This document shows positions 1 through 12,502 of a DNA stretch of 64,000 nt, one piece after another. The stretch spans positions 81,842,001 to 81,906,000 of the forward strand of contig CM059432.1 of assembly GCA_030390025.1 (NCBI GenBank). Reading direction: 5' to 3'. The notes under the pieces were generated by a model. The model ran no database searches and had not been told where the DNA came from. It saw nothing but the letters and a program-made list of their open reading frames with translations. Each line of letters starts with the position of its first letter. The stretch's first letter is position 1. This DNA is from Squalus acanthias (taxonomy: Eukaryota). Position numbers and translations under genes: made by a program.

Positions 1-818
1 GCTGCTCCCTCTTATTGTGGGCCATCTTGGCCTGCAAGAGAAACAAATGTGAGTGAGTCAGAGTCCAGCTATGTGTTTGGGAGATACGCCTGCCGTCGTT
101 GAATAGCTGTGATTGTAGGCAAGGCGTGAGATGTGGATGTGAGTTTGAGTAGGTGAAGATGTTTGGTGGGTGAGTGGTGGTGGTGTGGTTGTTTGCGCAG
201 TGTGCACAGACTGAGGTTCAGATGCTGGTATGTAGGAGCTGTTGAAGCATGTACTCACCTTGACCACCCGACTGAGGTCGTTGAATTTCTTGCGGCACTG
301 TGTCAGGCTGCGTTCCAGCACACTACTGGCCGAGACCTCCTGGGACACTTCCCTCCACATTGCCCTGAACACCTGAGGCGATGGCCTCCTTCCAGTGGCT
401 GGGAACAGCATTGCCCTCCTTCGCTCCACTCCAGCCCCAATGCCACGTCTGTGAACCAACGAGCTCTCTTCCTGGGAGTGGGAACAGCCGTAGCCATCAG
501 GAGATTCAGTTGCTCGCAGGTCGCCTCAAAGCCAGCAATGCTGAAAATGAGCATCTGCACAATGATGCAACCTCCCCTTTAAGAGCTGGAAGGAACCAAT
601 GTCAAGGATCATTGCTGAATGCATTGCACCTGAAATTCATCAGTGCTCTGCTGGTAGCGCCCCACTGAGCTCATTAGCGCTTGATTTAGCTCCCCACTTT
701 CTTCCTGGGGCGCTAACACCCAATTTACTAGACGTTCAGAATCCTTATCACCTGGCGCTAAATTTTCAAATTTTCAAAAGTTAGCGCCCCAAACAGGGCA
801 ATACCCAATTTCACCCCC
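1..818 (-). mobile_element. PIF/Harbinger DNA transposon, left part with exon 1 of the Myb/SANT-like gene (runs off window start)
   Basis: Minus-strand ORF 58..459 contains WREVSQEVSASSVLERSLTQCRKKFNDL (Myb/SANT-like). It has a GTGAGT donor near 258 and a tctcttgcAG acceptor near 33, as in the copy at 40188-42065. The terminus ...aatttcacccc lies near 808-818. Confidence 0.8.
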
Positions 819-819
819 C

Positions 820-2719
820 AAGTGTGGTCTAAGCAACATTTAATACAAGTTTAGCATAACTTCTCTACTTTTCAATTCTGTACCACTAGAAATAAACCCT
901 AGTGCTTGGTTTGCTTTTGTTATGGACTTTTAGTGATTTGTGGATTTGTACTCCGAGATCCCTTTGCTTCTCTACCCCATTTACATTCTTATTTTCTAAA
1001 TAATATGTGACCTCCTTATTTTTCTTACCAAAATGCAATACCTCATACTTATCTATGTTGAAATTCATTTGCCAATTATATGCCTATTATGCAAGTTTAT
1101 CAATGTCTTCTTGTAATTTGTTGCAGTTCTCCTCAGTGCTGACTTTCCCTACCAATTTAGTGTCGTCCGCAAATTTAGAAATTGTTTTTGATTCCAATGT
1201 CTAAAACATTAATATAAATTGTGAACAACAGTGGTCCCAGCACTGATTCTTGTGGGACCCCATTTCCCACCTTCTGCCACTCTGAATAGCTATCCTTTAC
1301 CCCTACTCTCTGCTTTCTGTCTGCCAGCCAGCCAGCCAGCTATCCATTCTGCTACTTGTCTCCGACTCTGCATGCTCTGATTTTTGGAAATCTAGATATA
1401 TTACATCTACTACATTACCCTTGTCTACTCTATTGTCTATTTATCATAAACTTCCTTTTTCTGTTTCATTTTACTCTTTAGTCTTTAGTCTTCCAGGGAG
1501 GTCTAGCTTTGGGTGCCCTTCCTTTCCCCCTCGTGGGAATGTGTCTAGTCTGTACCCGAACTTTCTCCTCTCTGAAACCCTCCCATTGCTCATTTACTGT
1601 TTTACCTGCCAATTTTTGATTCCAATCCACCTGGGCCAGATCCCCTTTCACCTCACTGAAATTAGCCCTCCTCCAGTTGAGTATTTTCACATTTGATTTT
1701 TCCTTGTCCTTTTCCATAACTACTCTAAACCTAATGATATTGTGATCCCTGTTTCCCAAATGCTCTCCCACTGAAACATGCTCCAGTTACCCCACTTCCC
1801 TCCCCAGAACTAGATCCAACACTACTTCCTTCCTCATTGGTCTGGAAACATACTGATCAAGAAAGTTCTCTTGTACGCATTTCAGAAATTCCCCCCTCTC
1901 TTTGCCCTTTACACTGTTATTTCCACAGTCTATATTAGGATAATTGAAGACCCCATTATCACTACTCTAAAGTTCTTGCATCTTCAATTTGCCTGCAAAT
2001 TTGCTCCTCTATCACCTTCCCACTATTTGGCCTATAGTATACACCCAACAGCGTAATAGCTCCTCTATTGTTCTGTGCTGTAACATTTTATGTAATTCTA
2101 TGTAAAATAGATTCTGTCTTTGAACTCTCAAGTTTATCATCCCTTTCTTGTGCTGCAACAGTATCTTTGATCAATACTGGCACCCCCTCCTTTTTTCCCT
2201 TCCCTATCATTCCTGAATACACAGTAGCCAGGAATATTAATTGCCCATTTCTCCCTTTGTTTGAGCTAGAAATCTGTTACTACCATTGTATAAAATCCCA
2301 TGCGTCTACTTGTGACTGCAGCTCACCAACCTTATTTACCATGCTCTGGGCATTTACGCAATGCACACTAAACCCATCTTAGTCTGCTTTATCCCTCCTA
2401 TTTCTGAACTACTCTTTATTCTAATGCTGTTTGTCTCTCCCAGTCCACTGTGCACCTTGTATCTCCCCTCTAATGCTTCACCCTGGTGCTCCTCCCCCAG
2501 CCAAATTATTTAAACCCTGCCCCCCACAGCACTAGTTAACCTCCCTGCAAGGACATTGGTCCCAGCCCTGTTGAGGTGCAATCCGTCCATCTTGTACAGG
2601 TCCCTACTGCCCCAGAACTGGGTCCCAATGCCCCAGGAATCTGAAGCCCTCCCTCCTGCACCATTTCTCCAGCCACACGTTAACCTGTTTTATCTTACTG
2701 CTCCTACTCTCACTAGCAC
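820..2719 (-). mobile_element. CR1 LINE (degenerate): RT fragment, endonuclease region and 3' part of ORF1 esterase
   Basis: Minus-strand FNIDKYEVLHFGKKN and EHLGNRDHNIIRF motifs. An ORF1 SGNH-esterase-like ...DGLHLNRAGT... motif lies near 2560-2600. The element resumes at 4446 after a nested CR1. Confidence 0.85.
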
Positions 2720-4438
2720 TAGGCATATAAATAGTAAAAGGGTAGTAAGAGGAGGGGTGGGGCCAATTAGGGACCAAAAAGGAGACCTATACATGGAGGC
2801 AGAGGGTATGGCTAAGGTACTAAATGAGTACTTTGCATCTGTCTTCACCAAGGAAGAGGATGCTGCCTATGACATAGTGAAGGAGAGGTAGTGGAGACAC
2901 TTGATAGGATAAAAATTGATAAAGCGGTATTAGAAAGGCTGGCTGTACTTAAAGTAGATAAGTCACCAGGAGCTGATGGGATGCATCCTAGGATGCTGAG
3001 GGAATTGAGGGTGGAAATCACGGAGGTACTGGCAGAATATTCCAATGCTCCATAGATACGGGGGTGGTGCCTGAGGACTGGAGAATTGCAAATGTTACAC
3101 CATTGTTCAAAAAAGGGTGTAAAGATAAACTCAGCAACTACAGGCCAGTCAGTTTAACCTCGGTAGTGAGGAAGCTTTTAGAAACAGTAATCAGGGACAA
3201 AAAGGTGTGGATTAATTAAGGACAGCCAGCATGGATTTGTTAAAGGCAAATCGTGTTTAACCAACTTGATTGAGTTTTTTGGTGAGGTGGCAGAGAGGGT
3301 TGATGAGGGTAATGCAGTTGATGTTGTGTACATGGAATTCCAAAAGGCATTTGACAAAGTGCCACATAATAGGTTCACCAGCAAATTTGAAGCCCATGGA
3401 ATAAAAGGGCATGGATACGGAATTGGCTAAGTGACAGGAAACAGAGAGTAGTGGTGAACAGTTGTTTTTTGGACTGGAGGAAGGTATACAGTGGTGTTCC
3501 CCAGGGGTCGGTTCCAGGACCACTGCTTTTCTTGACATATATTAATGACTTGGACGTGGGTGTACAGGGCACAATTTCAAAATTTGCAGATGACACAAAA
3601 CTTGGATGTATAGTGAACAGTGAGGAGGAGAGTGATAGACTTCAGGAAGACATAAATAGGCTGGTGAAATGAGCAAACACTTGGCAGATGAAATTTAATG
3701 CAGAAAAGTGTGAAGTGGTAAATTTTGGTTGAAAGAATGAAGAGAGGACATATAAACTAAGTGGTACAATCCTAAAGGGGGTGCACGAACAAAGAGACCT
3801 GGTGGCAAGGCAGGCTGAGAAAGCAGCTAAAAAGGCTTATGGGCTTCATAAATAGAGGTATAGAGTACAAAAGTGTGGAAATTATAATGAACCTGTATAA
3901 AACACTGGTTCGGCCCCAACTGGAGTACTGTGTCCAATTCTGGGCACCACACTTTAGGAAGGATGTGAAGGCCTTAGAGAAGGTGCAGAAAAGATTTACG
4001 AGAATGATTCCAGGGATGAGGGACTTCAGTTACATTGATAGACTGGAGAAGCTGGGGTTGTTCTCCTTGGAGCAGAGAAGATTGAGAGGAGATTTGATAG
4101 AGGTGTTCAAAATCATGAGGGATCTGGACAGGGTAGATAGAGAGAAACTGTTCCCATTGGACACAGATTTAAGGTAATTGGCAAAAGAACCAAAGGCGAC
4201 ATAAGAAAAAACTTTTTTACACAGCGAGTGGTTAAGATCTGGAATGCACTGCCTGAAAGGGTGGTGGAGGCAGACTCAATCTTATCTGTCATAAGGGAGT
4301 TGGATAAGTATCTGAAAGAAAAGAATTTGCAGGGTTACGGGAAAAGGGCAGGGGAGTGGGACTAGCTGAGAGTCAGCACGGGCTCGACGGGCCGAATGGC
4401 CTTCTTTCGTGCTGTAACCATTCTATGATTCTATGATT
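2720..4438 (+). mobile_element. 5'-truncated CR1 LINE (RT domain plus 3' UTR), inserted into the ORF1 of an older CR1
   Basis: Motifs [27 protein letters not shown] and YKTLVRPQLEYCVQFWAP. It ends in a (TTCTATGA)n tail. A 7-bp TSD ctagcac lies at 2713-2719 and 4439-4445. Confidence 0.93.
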
Positions 4439-4445
4439 CTAGCAC

Positions 4446-4830
4446 GTGGCACTGGGAGTAATCCAGAGATTACTACCTTTAAGGTCCTGCTCTTTAACTT
4501 CATCCCTAGCTCCTGAAATTCTATCTGTAGAACCTCAACCCTTTACCTACCTACGTCATTGGATCCCACATGGACCATGACTTCTGGCTGTTCCGTGTCC
4601 CCCTGCAAAATGTTCTGCACCCGTTCAGTGATGTCCTTTACCCTGGCACCAGAGAGGCAACCCACTATACAAGACTCATGTCGGCGGTTGCAAAAACGCC
4701 TGTCTATTTCCCTGACTAGCGAATCCCCTATGACCTCTGCATTTCTACATTTGGTGTGCCCCCGTGCAGTCTTTTGCTGTACAGTGCCGTAGATGTGCTC
4801 TAGACTGCACTCTCCCGAGGTGCCACCACC
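4446..4830 (-). mobile_element. CR1 ORF1 region, continuation of 820-2719
   Basis: The sequence rejoins across the TSD. The minus strand reads ...KVVISGLLPVPRAS..., typical of the CR1 ORF1 esterase. Confidence 0.8.
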
Positions 4831-5319
4831 CCCCTGACGCAGGAATCACAGGCAACGGGTCTCAGCTGTCCCATCATTTTGCTTAAAAGCCTATCTACTT
4901 ATGTTATATATGAAGATGTTTTTAATTTAGTATCCCGTACTCCTATTTATTATTTAATTATTTATGTTTACCAGATTTTTATTCGCCCAACTCTGCTCAC
5001 AGCTCTGTGCTTCAGCAGATATCCCTCTAAGATATACCTTTTAGAAACACACTAGTTACAACTGGTCAGTCAACTGCCAGCTACAATAATTAACACCTAG
5101 TCAGGGACTCTCATATAGCTGATTGACTGTTAACTGTAACTGACTTGCAGTTTTAAACTAGGTTGAATTTCACTTTGATAACAACACACTATCTGTACTG
5201 CTCACTCACTTATTTACCAGTGAATTTCCACTCTCTCCAAATTCCTGTCGCCACTCTGTTGAGAAAGCCATTCCGGTTAGCAGATTCACCCAACTCTGTC
5301 TTGACCCAGCTCTGTGCTC

Positions 5320-5782
5320 ACATGGGATCATAACCTAACTGGCACAATTGAAGTGCGCTGGTAATGTTGCCCACAGAAGCCGCATTTCTGTCCCAAAGGT
5401 AAGGCATGACTAACCCATGCCTGACAGATGGCTGACAGTAAATGTTCAGAAAAACTTCAACTCAGCTAACAATCTGCAGTGCTGAGAAAATAGATTGCAG
5501 CCTCAGCTAGAATAAATCTTCATTAGTTATAATAAATCTGCTAAAGCACAGTTGTTCTTCAAAAAAAAATGGAGAGGTTTCAGCTTATCTGCTCATCAAA
5601 TTGAAGGATGGCATTGCTGGGAACCGGAACATTTGCTATTTTCTGCATCCAGCATCAGCATCGACTCTAAGTGAGCTAAAGCATGGGTTAGTTATACCTT
5701 ACCTTTGGGACCGAAATGCTGGCTTCTGTGGGCAACATTATCAGCACACTTCAATGGTGCCAGTTAGGTTATGATCCCATGT
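5320..5782. mobile_element. MITE-like element with ~100-bp imperfect terminal inverted repeats
   Basis: 5320-5420 (acatgggatcataacctaactggcac...taacccatgc) is the reverse complement of 5681-5782 with about 10% mismatch. Confidence 0.7.
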
Positions 5783-6087
5783 ACTGTGTGCATGCTGCGC
5801 GTGGATGGTGAAGGTTTTGGAGGAAACTGGAATGCGCTGAATGTATGGCAAATGCAAAATTCCAATTGACCCTTCATAGGTAATGGACAAAAATTCATGG
5901 GGAGCACGTGCCCAAAGTCTCAAAAGGGGTGATTGCATGAACCAGCAGACTAGACAATTGTTCTGCACAATTGTTCAAGGTGCTGGGAGCATTGGATCAT
6001 GGAATATCAAGGACATGTGTTCCCAGTGGGCAAAGCTCTGTGCTGGGAGCGCAAATTCATAAAATGATCGTTATCATGTTAACTCAT

Positions 6088-6896
6088 GGGAAGGAAATTT
6101 TAATGTTCTGACGCGCTGGGAGCGGGGAGGCCCGGTAGCGAGCTGGAAACACGGACGTCTGGGTTTCCCCGCATGCTATGGAGATTTAACTCCACAGCAT
6201 GCGTGTGACATCACTGACAGGTTCTCCACCCAGAAGTCGGCCTTATTGACAGGCTTGGCTTCTAGTTGGGCAGGGAATACTGGAGAAGAGACCACAGCCC
6301 CAGGTAGGTCTGATCCCCGGTGCGGGGGGATCCAATCCCCAACCCCAGTGAGGGGGTCCGATCGCGGGGGGAGCACTGTTCTCTTTAAGCTGCGCGTCAT
6401 GCGCAGCCAGTGAGCTGGCTTTTAAATTGAAAAAAATACGCATTTGCGGACCCACAGCCTGGTAAAGGGGCTGCGCGAAACAAAAAAAAATTACAGGGAA
6501 CATTGGGGAGGGGGTCCAAGCCCCTCTCCTGGGTAGGGGGGGGGCAGGGTTCCAATCTTGGGGGGGTGGGGGGGTTTGTATGGGGGGAGGGCTGATGGTG
6601 GGGGAGCTTGAGGGGCCGGGCGGAAGCATTTCTGCTCCTCTCAGCCCACGAGGAGAGCTCTCCGAGGCTGTCATCACCTCGCTGCAGCTGCCGGCATTCC
6701 CAAGGCCCAGGAACCCCAGCCGCCCGCATCCCAGGCTTCCAACCTCAGTATCATATTTAAAGTGCCAACCCGCCTCCCTATCTCACCTCCATTAAAACTG
6801 GAAGTGGGCGGGTTGGGGTCGGGATTCAGATTTTTAACACTTTAACATCCCACCCGACCCAAACACGCTCGTTTTTTGGGGTTAAAGTACCCCGCC
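6088..6896. mobile_element. GC-rich non-autonomous Harbinger-type MITE (degenerate)
   Basis: Termini ggaaggaaattttaa... and ...ttaaagtaccccgcc. The interior is GC-rich with G-runs, like the other Harbinger-type MITEs in the window. Confidence 0.5.
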
Positions 6897-7330
6897 TATG
6901 GAGTTGGGCTCACACTGATAGGTAAGTATAAACAGTGAAGTCGAGACATGGATTGAATCCTGAGCATAATGTCTGGTGTTGCACCAGAGCCAGTGCAGTG
7001 CAAATCCATTGGCTGCAATGGCTCTCATTTCTGCTGGCACGGTTCAAAGTGGATCTGTGCTGCCAGGTTTATGCTTGGTTTTTGCATTTGTATTTGCATA
7101 TAATTACATAGAATATACAGCACAGAATCAGGCCTTTCGGCCCAATTAGTCTGTGCTGGTGTTTATACTCCACACGAGTTTCCTCCCAATTATCTACCTC
7201 ATCTCAGCCTTTCAGCCTATCTTTCTATTCCCTTTTCTCTCATGTACTCATCTAATTTCCTTTTGAAAGCATTTAAGCAATTTACGTTCACCACTTCCTG
7301 TGGTAGCGAGTTCCACATTCTAGCCACTCT

Positions 7331-9100
7331 TTTTTTTAATATTCGTTTATGGGATGTGGGCATCGCTGGCAAGGCCAGCATTTATTGCCCATCCCTAGTT
7401 TCCCTTGAGAAGGTGGTGGTGAGCCACCTTCTTGAGCCACTGCAGTCCGTGTGGTGAAGGTACTCCCACAGTGCTGTTAGGGAGGGAGTTCCAGGATTTT
7501 GACCCAATGACGATGAAGGATCAGCGATATACTTCTAAGTCAGGATGGTGTGTGACTTGGAGGGGAACTTAGAGGTGGTGGTGTTCCCATGCGCCTGCTG
7601 CCCTTGTCCTTCTAGGTGGAAGAGGTCACGGGTTTGGGAGGTTCTGCCAACGAAGCCTTGGCGAGTTGCTGCAGTGCATCTTGTAGATGGTACACACTGC
7701 AGCCACGGTACGCTGGTGGTGGAGGGAGTGAATGTTTAAGATGGTGGATGAGGTGCCAATCAAGTGGGCTGCTTTGTCTTGGATGGTGTCGAGCTTCTTG
7801 AGTGTTGTTGGAGCTGCACTTATCCAGGCAAGTGGAGAGTATTCCATCACACTCCAGACTTGTGCCTTGTAGATAGTGGAAAGGCTTTGAGGAGTCAGGA
7901 GGTGAGACACTCGCCGCAGAATACCCAGCTCTGACCTGCTCTTGTTGCCACAGTATTTATGTGGCTGGTCCAGTTAAGTTTCTGGTGAATGGTAACCCCC
8001 AGGATATTGATGGTGGTGGACTTAGCGACGGTAATGCCATTGAATGTCAAGGGGCAGTGGTTAGACGCTCGCTTGTTGGAGATAGCCATGGCCTGGCACT
8101 TGTGTGGCGTGAATGTTACCTGCCACTTATCAGCCCAAACCTAAATGTCGTTCAGGTCTTGCTGCATGCGGGCATGGACTGCTTCATTATCTGAGGAGTT
8201 GCGAATGGCACTGAACACTGTGCAGTCATCAGCGAACATCCCCACTTCTGACCTTATGTTGGAGGGAAGGTCATTCATGAAGCAGCTGAAGATGGTTAGG
8301 CCTAGGCACTGCCCTGAGGAACTCCTGCAGAAATGTCCTGTGGATGTGATGATTGACCTCAACCATCACAACCATCTTCCTTTGTGCTAGGTATGACTCT
8401 AGCTAGTGGAGAGTTTTCCCCCCCGATTCCCATTGACTTCAGTTTTACTAGGGCTCCTTGATGCCACACTCGGTCAAATGCTGCCTTGATGTCAAGGGCA
8501 GTCACTCTCTCCTCACCTCTGGAATTCAGTTCTTTTGTCCATGTTTGGACCAAGGCTATAATGAGGTCTGGAGCCGAGTGGTCCTGGCGGAACCCAAACT
8601 GAGCATAGGTGAGCAGGTTACTGGTGAGTAAGTGTTGCTTGATAGCACTGTCGACGACACCTTCCATCACTTTGCTGATGATTGAGAGTAGACTGATGGG
8701 GCGGTAATTGACCGGGTTGGATTTGTCCTGCTTTTTCTGGACAGGACATACCTGGGCAGTTTTCCACAATGTCGGATAGATGCCATTGTTATTGCTGTAC
8801 TGGAACAGCTTGGCTAGAGGCACGGCTAGTTCTGGAGCACAAGTCTTCAGCACGACAGCTGGGATGTTGTCGGGGCCCACAGCCTCTGCTGTATCCAGTG
8901 CAAAATTGAGAGGTCGCACAACACCAGGTTATAGTCCAACAGTTTTATTTGAAATCACAAGCTTTCGGAGCTATCGATCTCCGCATCGTATCCACATGGA
9001 GTGAATCGAATTGGCTGAAGACTGGCTTCTGTGATGGTGGGGACCTCAGGAGGAGGCCGATATGAATCATCCACTTGGCACTTCTGGCTGAAGATGGTTT
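7331..9100 (-). mobile_element. Non-LTR retrotransposon family B (CR1/L2/Crack-like group), 5'-truncated
   Basis: GPDNIPAVVLKTCAPEL...NYRPISLLSIISKVME, QFGFR, ALDIKAAFDRVWH and MFADD motifs. An A-rich 3' end lies at 7331. TSD actct lies at 7326-7330 and 9101-9105. Confidence 0.9.
8901..8987 (-). mobile_element. Penelope-type terminal-repeat fragment (rearranged, hammerhead truncated)
   Basis: Matches 9390-9476, 16046-16124 and 30354-30482. It ends with the opposite-orientation terminus atctccgcatc, and gtatcca is repeated at 8891-8897 and 8988-8994. Confidence 0.75.
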
Positions 9101-9389
9101 ACTCTGAGTAAAGTAATTGCTCCTTATTTCGCTATTGGATTTTTTAGCAACTATCTTGTATTTATGACCCCTAGTTTTGGATTCTCCCACAAGTGGAAAC
9201 ATTCTCTCCACATCTAACCTGTCCAACCCATTCATAATTTTAAAGATCTCTATCAGGTCACCTCTAAGTCTTTCTTTTAAGCCCCATCCTGTTCAATCTT
9301 TGCTGATAGCTGTAATCTCTCAGTTCTGGCACCATCCTTATAAATCGTATTTGCACTTTCTCCAGTGCTTCTATGTCCTTTTTATAGTA

Positions 9390-9558
9390 ATGAGAAGTCG
9401 CACAACACCAGGTTATAGTCCAACAGATTTATTTAATTTTACAAGCTTTCGGAGCTATCGCTCCTTCGTCAGGTAAGTTAGCAATGAGAGAATCTCCCAG
9501 AATTCACAATTTAAACCCAGACAAAATCTATTCACATTATTCGCTACAACAAAGAGCA
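9390..9558 (-). mobile_element. Penelope-type terminal-repeat insertion with 12-bp TSD
   Basis: TSD ctttttatagta at 9378-9389 and 9559-9570. It contains the hammerhead motif at 9439-9476. Confidence 0.85.
9439..9476 (-). ncRNA. Minimal type I hammerhead ribozyme motif
   Basis: Minus strand reads UUAC-CUGACGA-A-GGAGC-gaua-GCUCC-GAAA-GC-UU-GUAA: full core, 5-bp helix II, 4-bp helix I and a palindromic AGCU helix III. Confidence 0.72.
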
Positions 9559-9816
9559 CTTTTTATAGTATGGAGAGCAGACTGTGCACAGTACTCTAAG
9601 TGTGGCCTGACCAAGGTCCTATACAAGTTTAACATAACTTCACTACTTTTGAATTCTAATCCCCTAGAAATAAAGCCCAGTGCTTTGTTAGCATTTTTAA
9701 TTGCTTTGCTGACTTGCGATGCAGCTTTTAATGATTTGTTCACCTGTTTCCCTAGATCCCTTTGCTCTTTTACCACATTCAGTTTCACATTTTCTAAGGT
9801 GTAGGTGATGCTTGTA

Positions 9817-10169
9817 CAGGAAACTATTTCGTATCCGGCACCGATGGGACCGGGATGGTGCCGGTTGATTAAAAATTCCGGATGACGGAGATGGTTATCT
9901 ACCGAGGCTATTTTTAACAAACAAAAATAAAAAAATCAAGAAATGTGCAGTATACAGTAATTGGGTACTCACCTACAGAATGTTGTGTTAAATGGATGGT
10001 GGAAGATGTTTGATTAAATACAGTACTGCCAGTTGAGGGTAATCCATAACTCTTTAATTACTTAACAGTAAAACAAAACGGTTATTGAGGTGTTGTTTTC
10101 GGAGTATGAATTTTGCCGGTTAATAGAGAATTCCGGATATTTAGGTGCCGTTTAAACGAGAGTTTCCTG
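9817..10169. mobile_element. Tc1/mariner (pogo/Tigger-like) MITE
   Basis: Imperfect 26-bp TIRs caggaaact...cggcacc / ggtgccg...agtttcctg, flanked by TA at 9815-9816 and 10170-10171. Confidence 0.8.
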
Positions 10170-10358
10170 TACTTTGCCTACTAAAGTGCATTAGCTCACA
10201 TTTATCTATGTTAAAGTTAATTTGCCACTAAACTGCCCAGTCTGCAAGTTTTCAAATGTCTTCTTGTATTATGTTGCATTCTTCCTCCGTGTTAGCCATA
10301 CCCACCAATTTGGTAAATCTGCAAATTTTGATATTGAGTTACTTGTTTCTAAGTCCAA

Positions 10359-12502
10359 GGCCTAGAAACTCCCTAACTTACCGTCACGAGTTATCGCTGC
10401 AATCCTGGAAAAAAATGGCGGCTGCCGCTCCAATACCCTTCTCTGGCGTGGGACTCGGTAGCCGGCATTTTGGTGAGGGCCTTAGCGTGCTCATAGCAGT
10501 GCTGGCCCTGGACATGTAAATCGGGAGAGCATGATGTCACGCCGACTTAATGATATGCTCTGCGAACTTGGACCTTAGCGCTGGGTCCTAAGCTCGCTCT
10601 GAAAAGCGAGTGTGCAACAGACTGACACTGACACTGTCAGCACTTCTTGAAGGGACACACACATCTTTCAGGTAAGTTTGCATTTAAGCTTTTGGACTGG
10701 GATTTTTATATTTTGTTGAAGTAGTGACTTGGTGCAATAGATGTTAAAAGTTTTTGAAGTGTGCAGGGATTGCTGCTGGACACTTGCAAGGCCTTGGCTG
10801 GTAAAGGAAGGCCTCTGAGAAGACAGAAAATGCTGGAAATACTCAGCAGATCAAGCAGTGTCTGTGGAGAGAGAAATAGAGTTCACATCTCAGGTGGAGA
10901 TGCTGCCTGACCTGCTGAGTATTTCTAGCATTTTCTGCTTTTATTTCAGATTTACAGCAGCTGCTCGCAGAGGAAGAAGCTGAAGAGGAGGAAGCAGAAG
11001 GAAAGATGCAACCCAGACAGCCCCTTTCTGGCCGGATATCCAGGATGGAATCATCCACCTGCGGTACCAGTGACCACAACCCCAATTCCCTTTCAACATT
11101 AGTCCCACACCTTACCTTCCCTCTGTTACTGACCATCACAGCGTCCTCTTGGCCACAATGTTGAAATAAAAGCCACCACAAAGCATGCTTTCCAATCCAA
11201 CTTTATACATCTATTCATCCAATATGACATCAAGAAATCAACTCATCACCTTTGTGCATTCCCTTAGTGACTGTCTTGTGTGTGCCTTTGCCTATCCTAC
11301 TAATGTCACACAGTGCTACCCCAGTGGCTGGAGCATGGCTGGTGGAAGGCTGCTGACTTTCAGTGGGGGACACTGCAGATGGCCTTGCTGGTCGACCTTG
11401 AGGAGCTGGTGGCTGGGAGTGTGAAATCGAGTGGCGGTCCTTCTTCTCCTCCGTCTCCTTCTCCTTCTTCTACCACTGGCTGGGCAGACTGGATTTCTTG
11501 GGTGTGTAAAATGAGGAAGGCACAAGGGTGGAGTTGTGGTGAGGGGAGGGCGGGAAAGCAAGAGGTGCATGCGAGAAGGAGGATAACATATGAAAATACT
11601 AGCCTCTTGTATCCTTTCAGCCCCACCACTGGCCAAGGGCTCAGCCATGCTCCTGCCAAGAATGGCCAGAACCGTCTCCTCCAAGGGGGTGAGGTGAAGC
11701 TAGGAATGTGAGGTGTGCCTCGTGTTTGGTACAGATTGTTGGTAGGTGAGTGATTGTGGGGAGGGGCTGGGTGTCGTGCATTGAGAAGTGTGTGAGGCTA
11801 GTTGGTAGGAGACGGCTTTTGAAGATGCATTCACTGACCTTGGCCACTGGTCTGAGGTCATGAAGCTTCTTTGGGCACTGGAGCCAGGTCTTGGGGGTGA
11901 CACTGCTGGCAGTGACGGCCTTGATGATCTGGTCCCACATCATTTTTTCTGGAGGGCCTCCTGGCCCCTGTAGGTAGAGGACCGCTCTTGCAGTGTTGAC
12001 CCTTTGCACAAAGCTGGAGTGCTGCGTGTGAAACCCTGGGTGCCCCTTCTCTGGCTTGCTGAGCCATTTGTGTTAGTGCTGAAGCACTTTTCCCAATTTT
12101 TTAGGTGCAGAAGGCAATTCAGCTTTAAGAGCTGAAGATTCTCATTTGGGAATTCTTGGTAATGTTCGTTTTTTTTTCAGAAGGCAGTTGAGCTGTAAGG
12201 GCTAAAAACTTTTTTTCATTTTAGAATGCAGTTCTCCTTTAAGGACTGCTTTCTGAAATGACAGCCTTGCTTTCAGAGCTGGCTGTTCTTGCTGCAATGA
12301 CGCTACAGCCACACTACATTGGGCCTCCTGCCGGGACTACTGCCCCCAAAATGGCTTTGCACTGTGAGGTTAGCGCTGGGCTAATGTCAATTAGCAACCA
12401 GCACAAATATCCCGGTCCTGCCAGCGCCATCAATTTCGGCGGCCATTAACTCCAGCCCGTGGTGGCATCAGCAGGTTTTTAGAGATCTCTAATTTCTAGG
12501 CC
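10359..12502 (-). mobile_element. Non-autonomous PIF/Harbinger element (Myb-like gene remnant kept, transposase deleted)
   Basis: TIRs ggcctagaaa / tttctaggcc with a 3-bp TSD caa (10356-10358, 12503-12505). Minus ORF has WDQIIKAVTASSVTPKTWLQCPKKLHDL. Confidence 0.88.
10820..10955. mobile_element. Inverted terminal-repeat fragment of a second Penelope-like family
   Basis: cagaaaatgctggaaatactcagcag... and ...ctgctgagtatttctagcattttctg form an inverted pair. Related fragments lie at ~17805-17930 and ~55905-55950. Confidence 0.6.
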
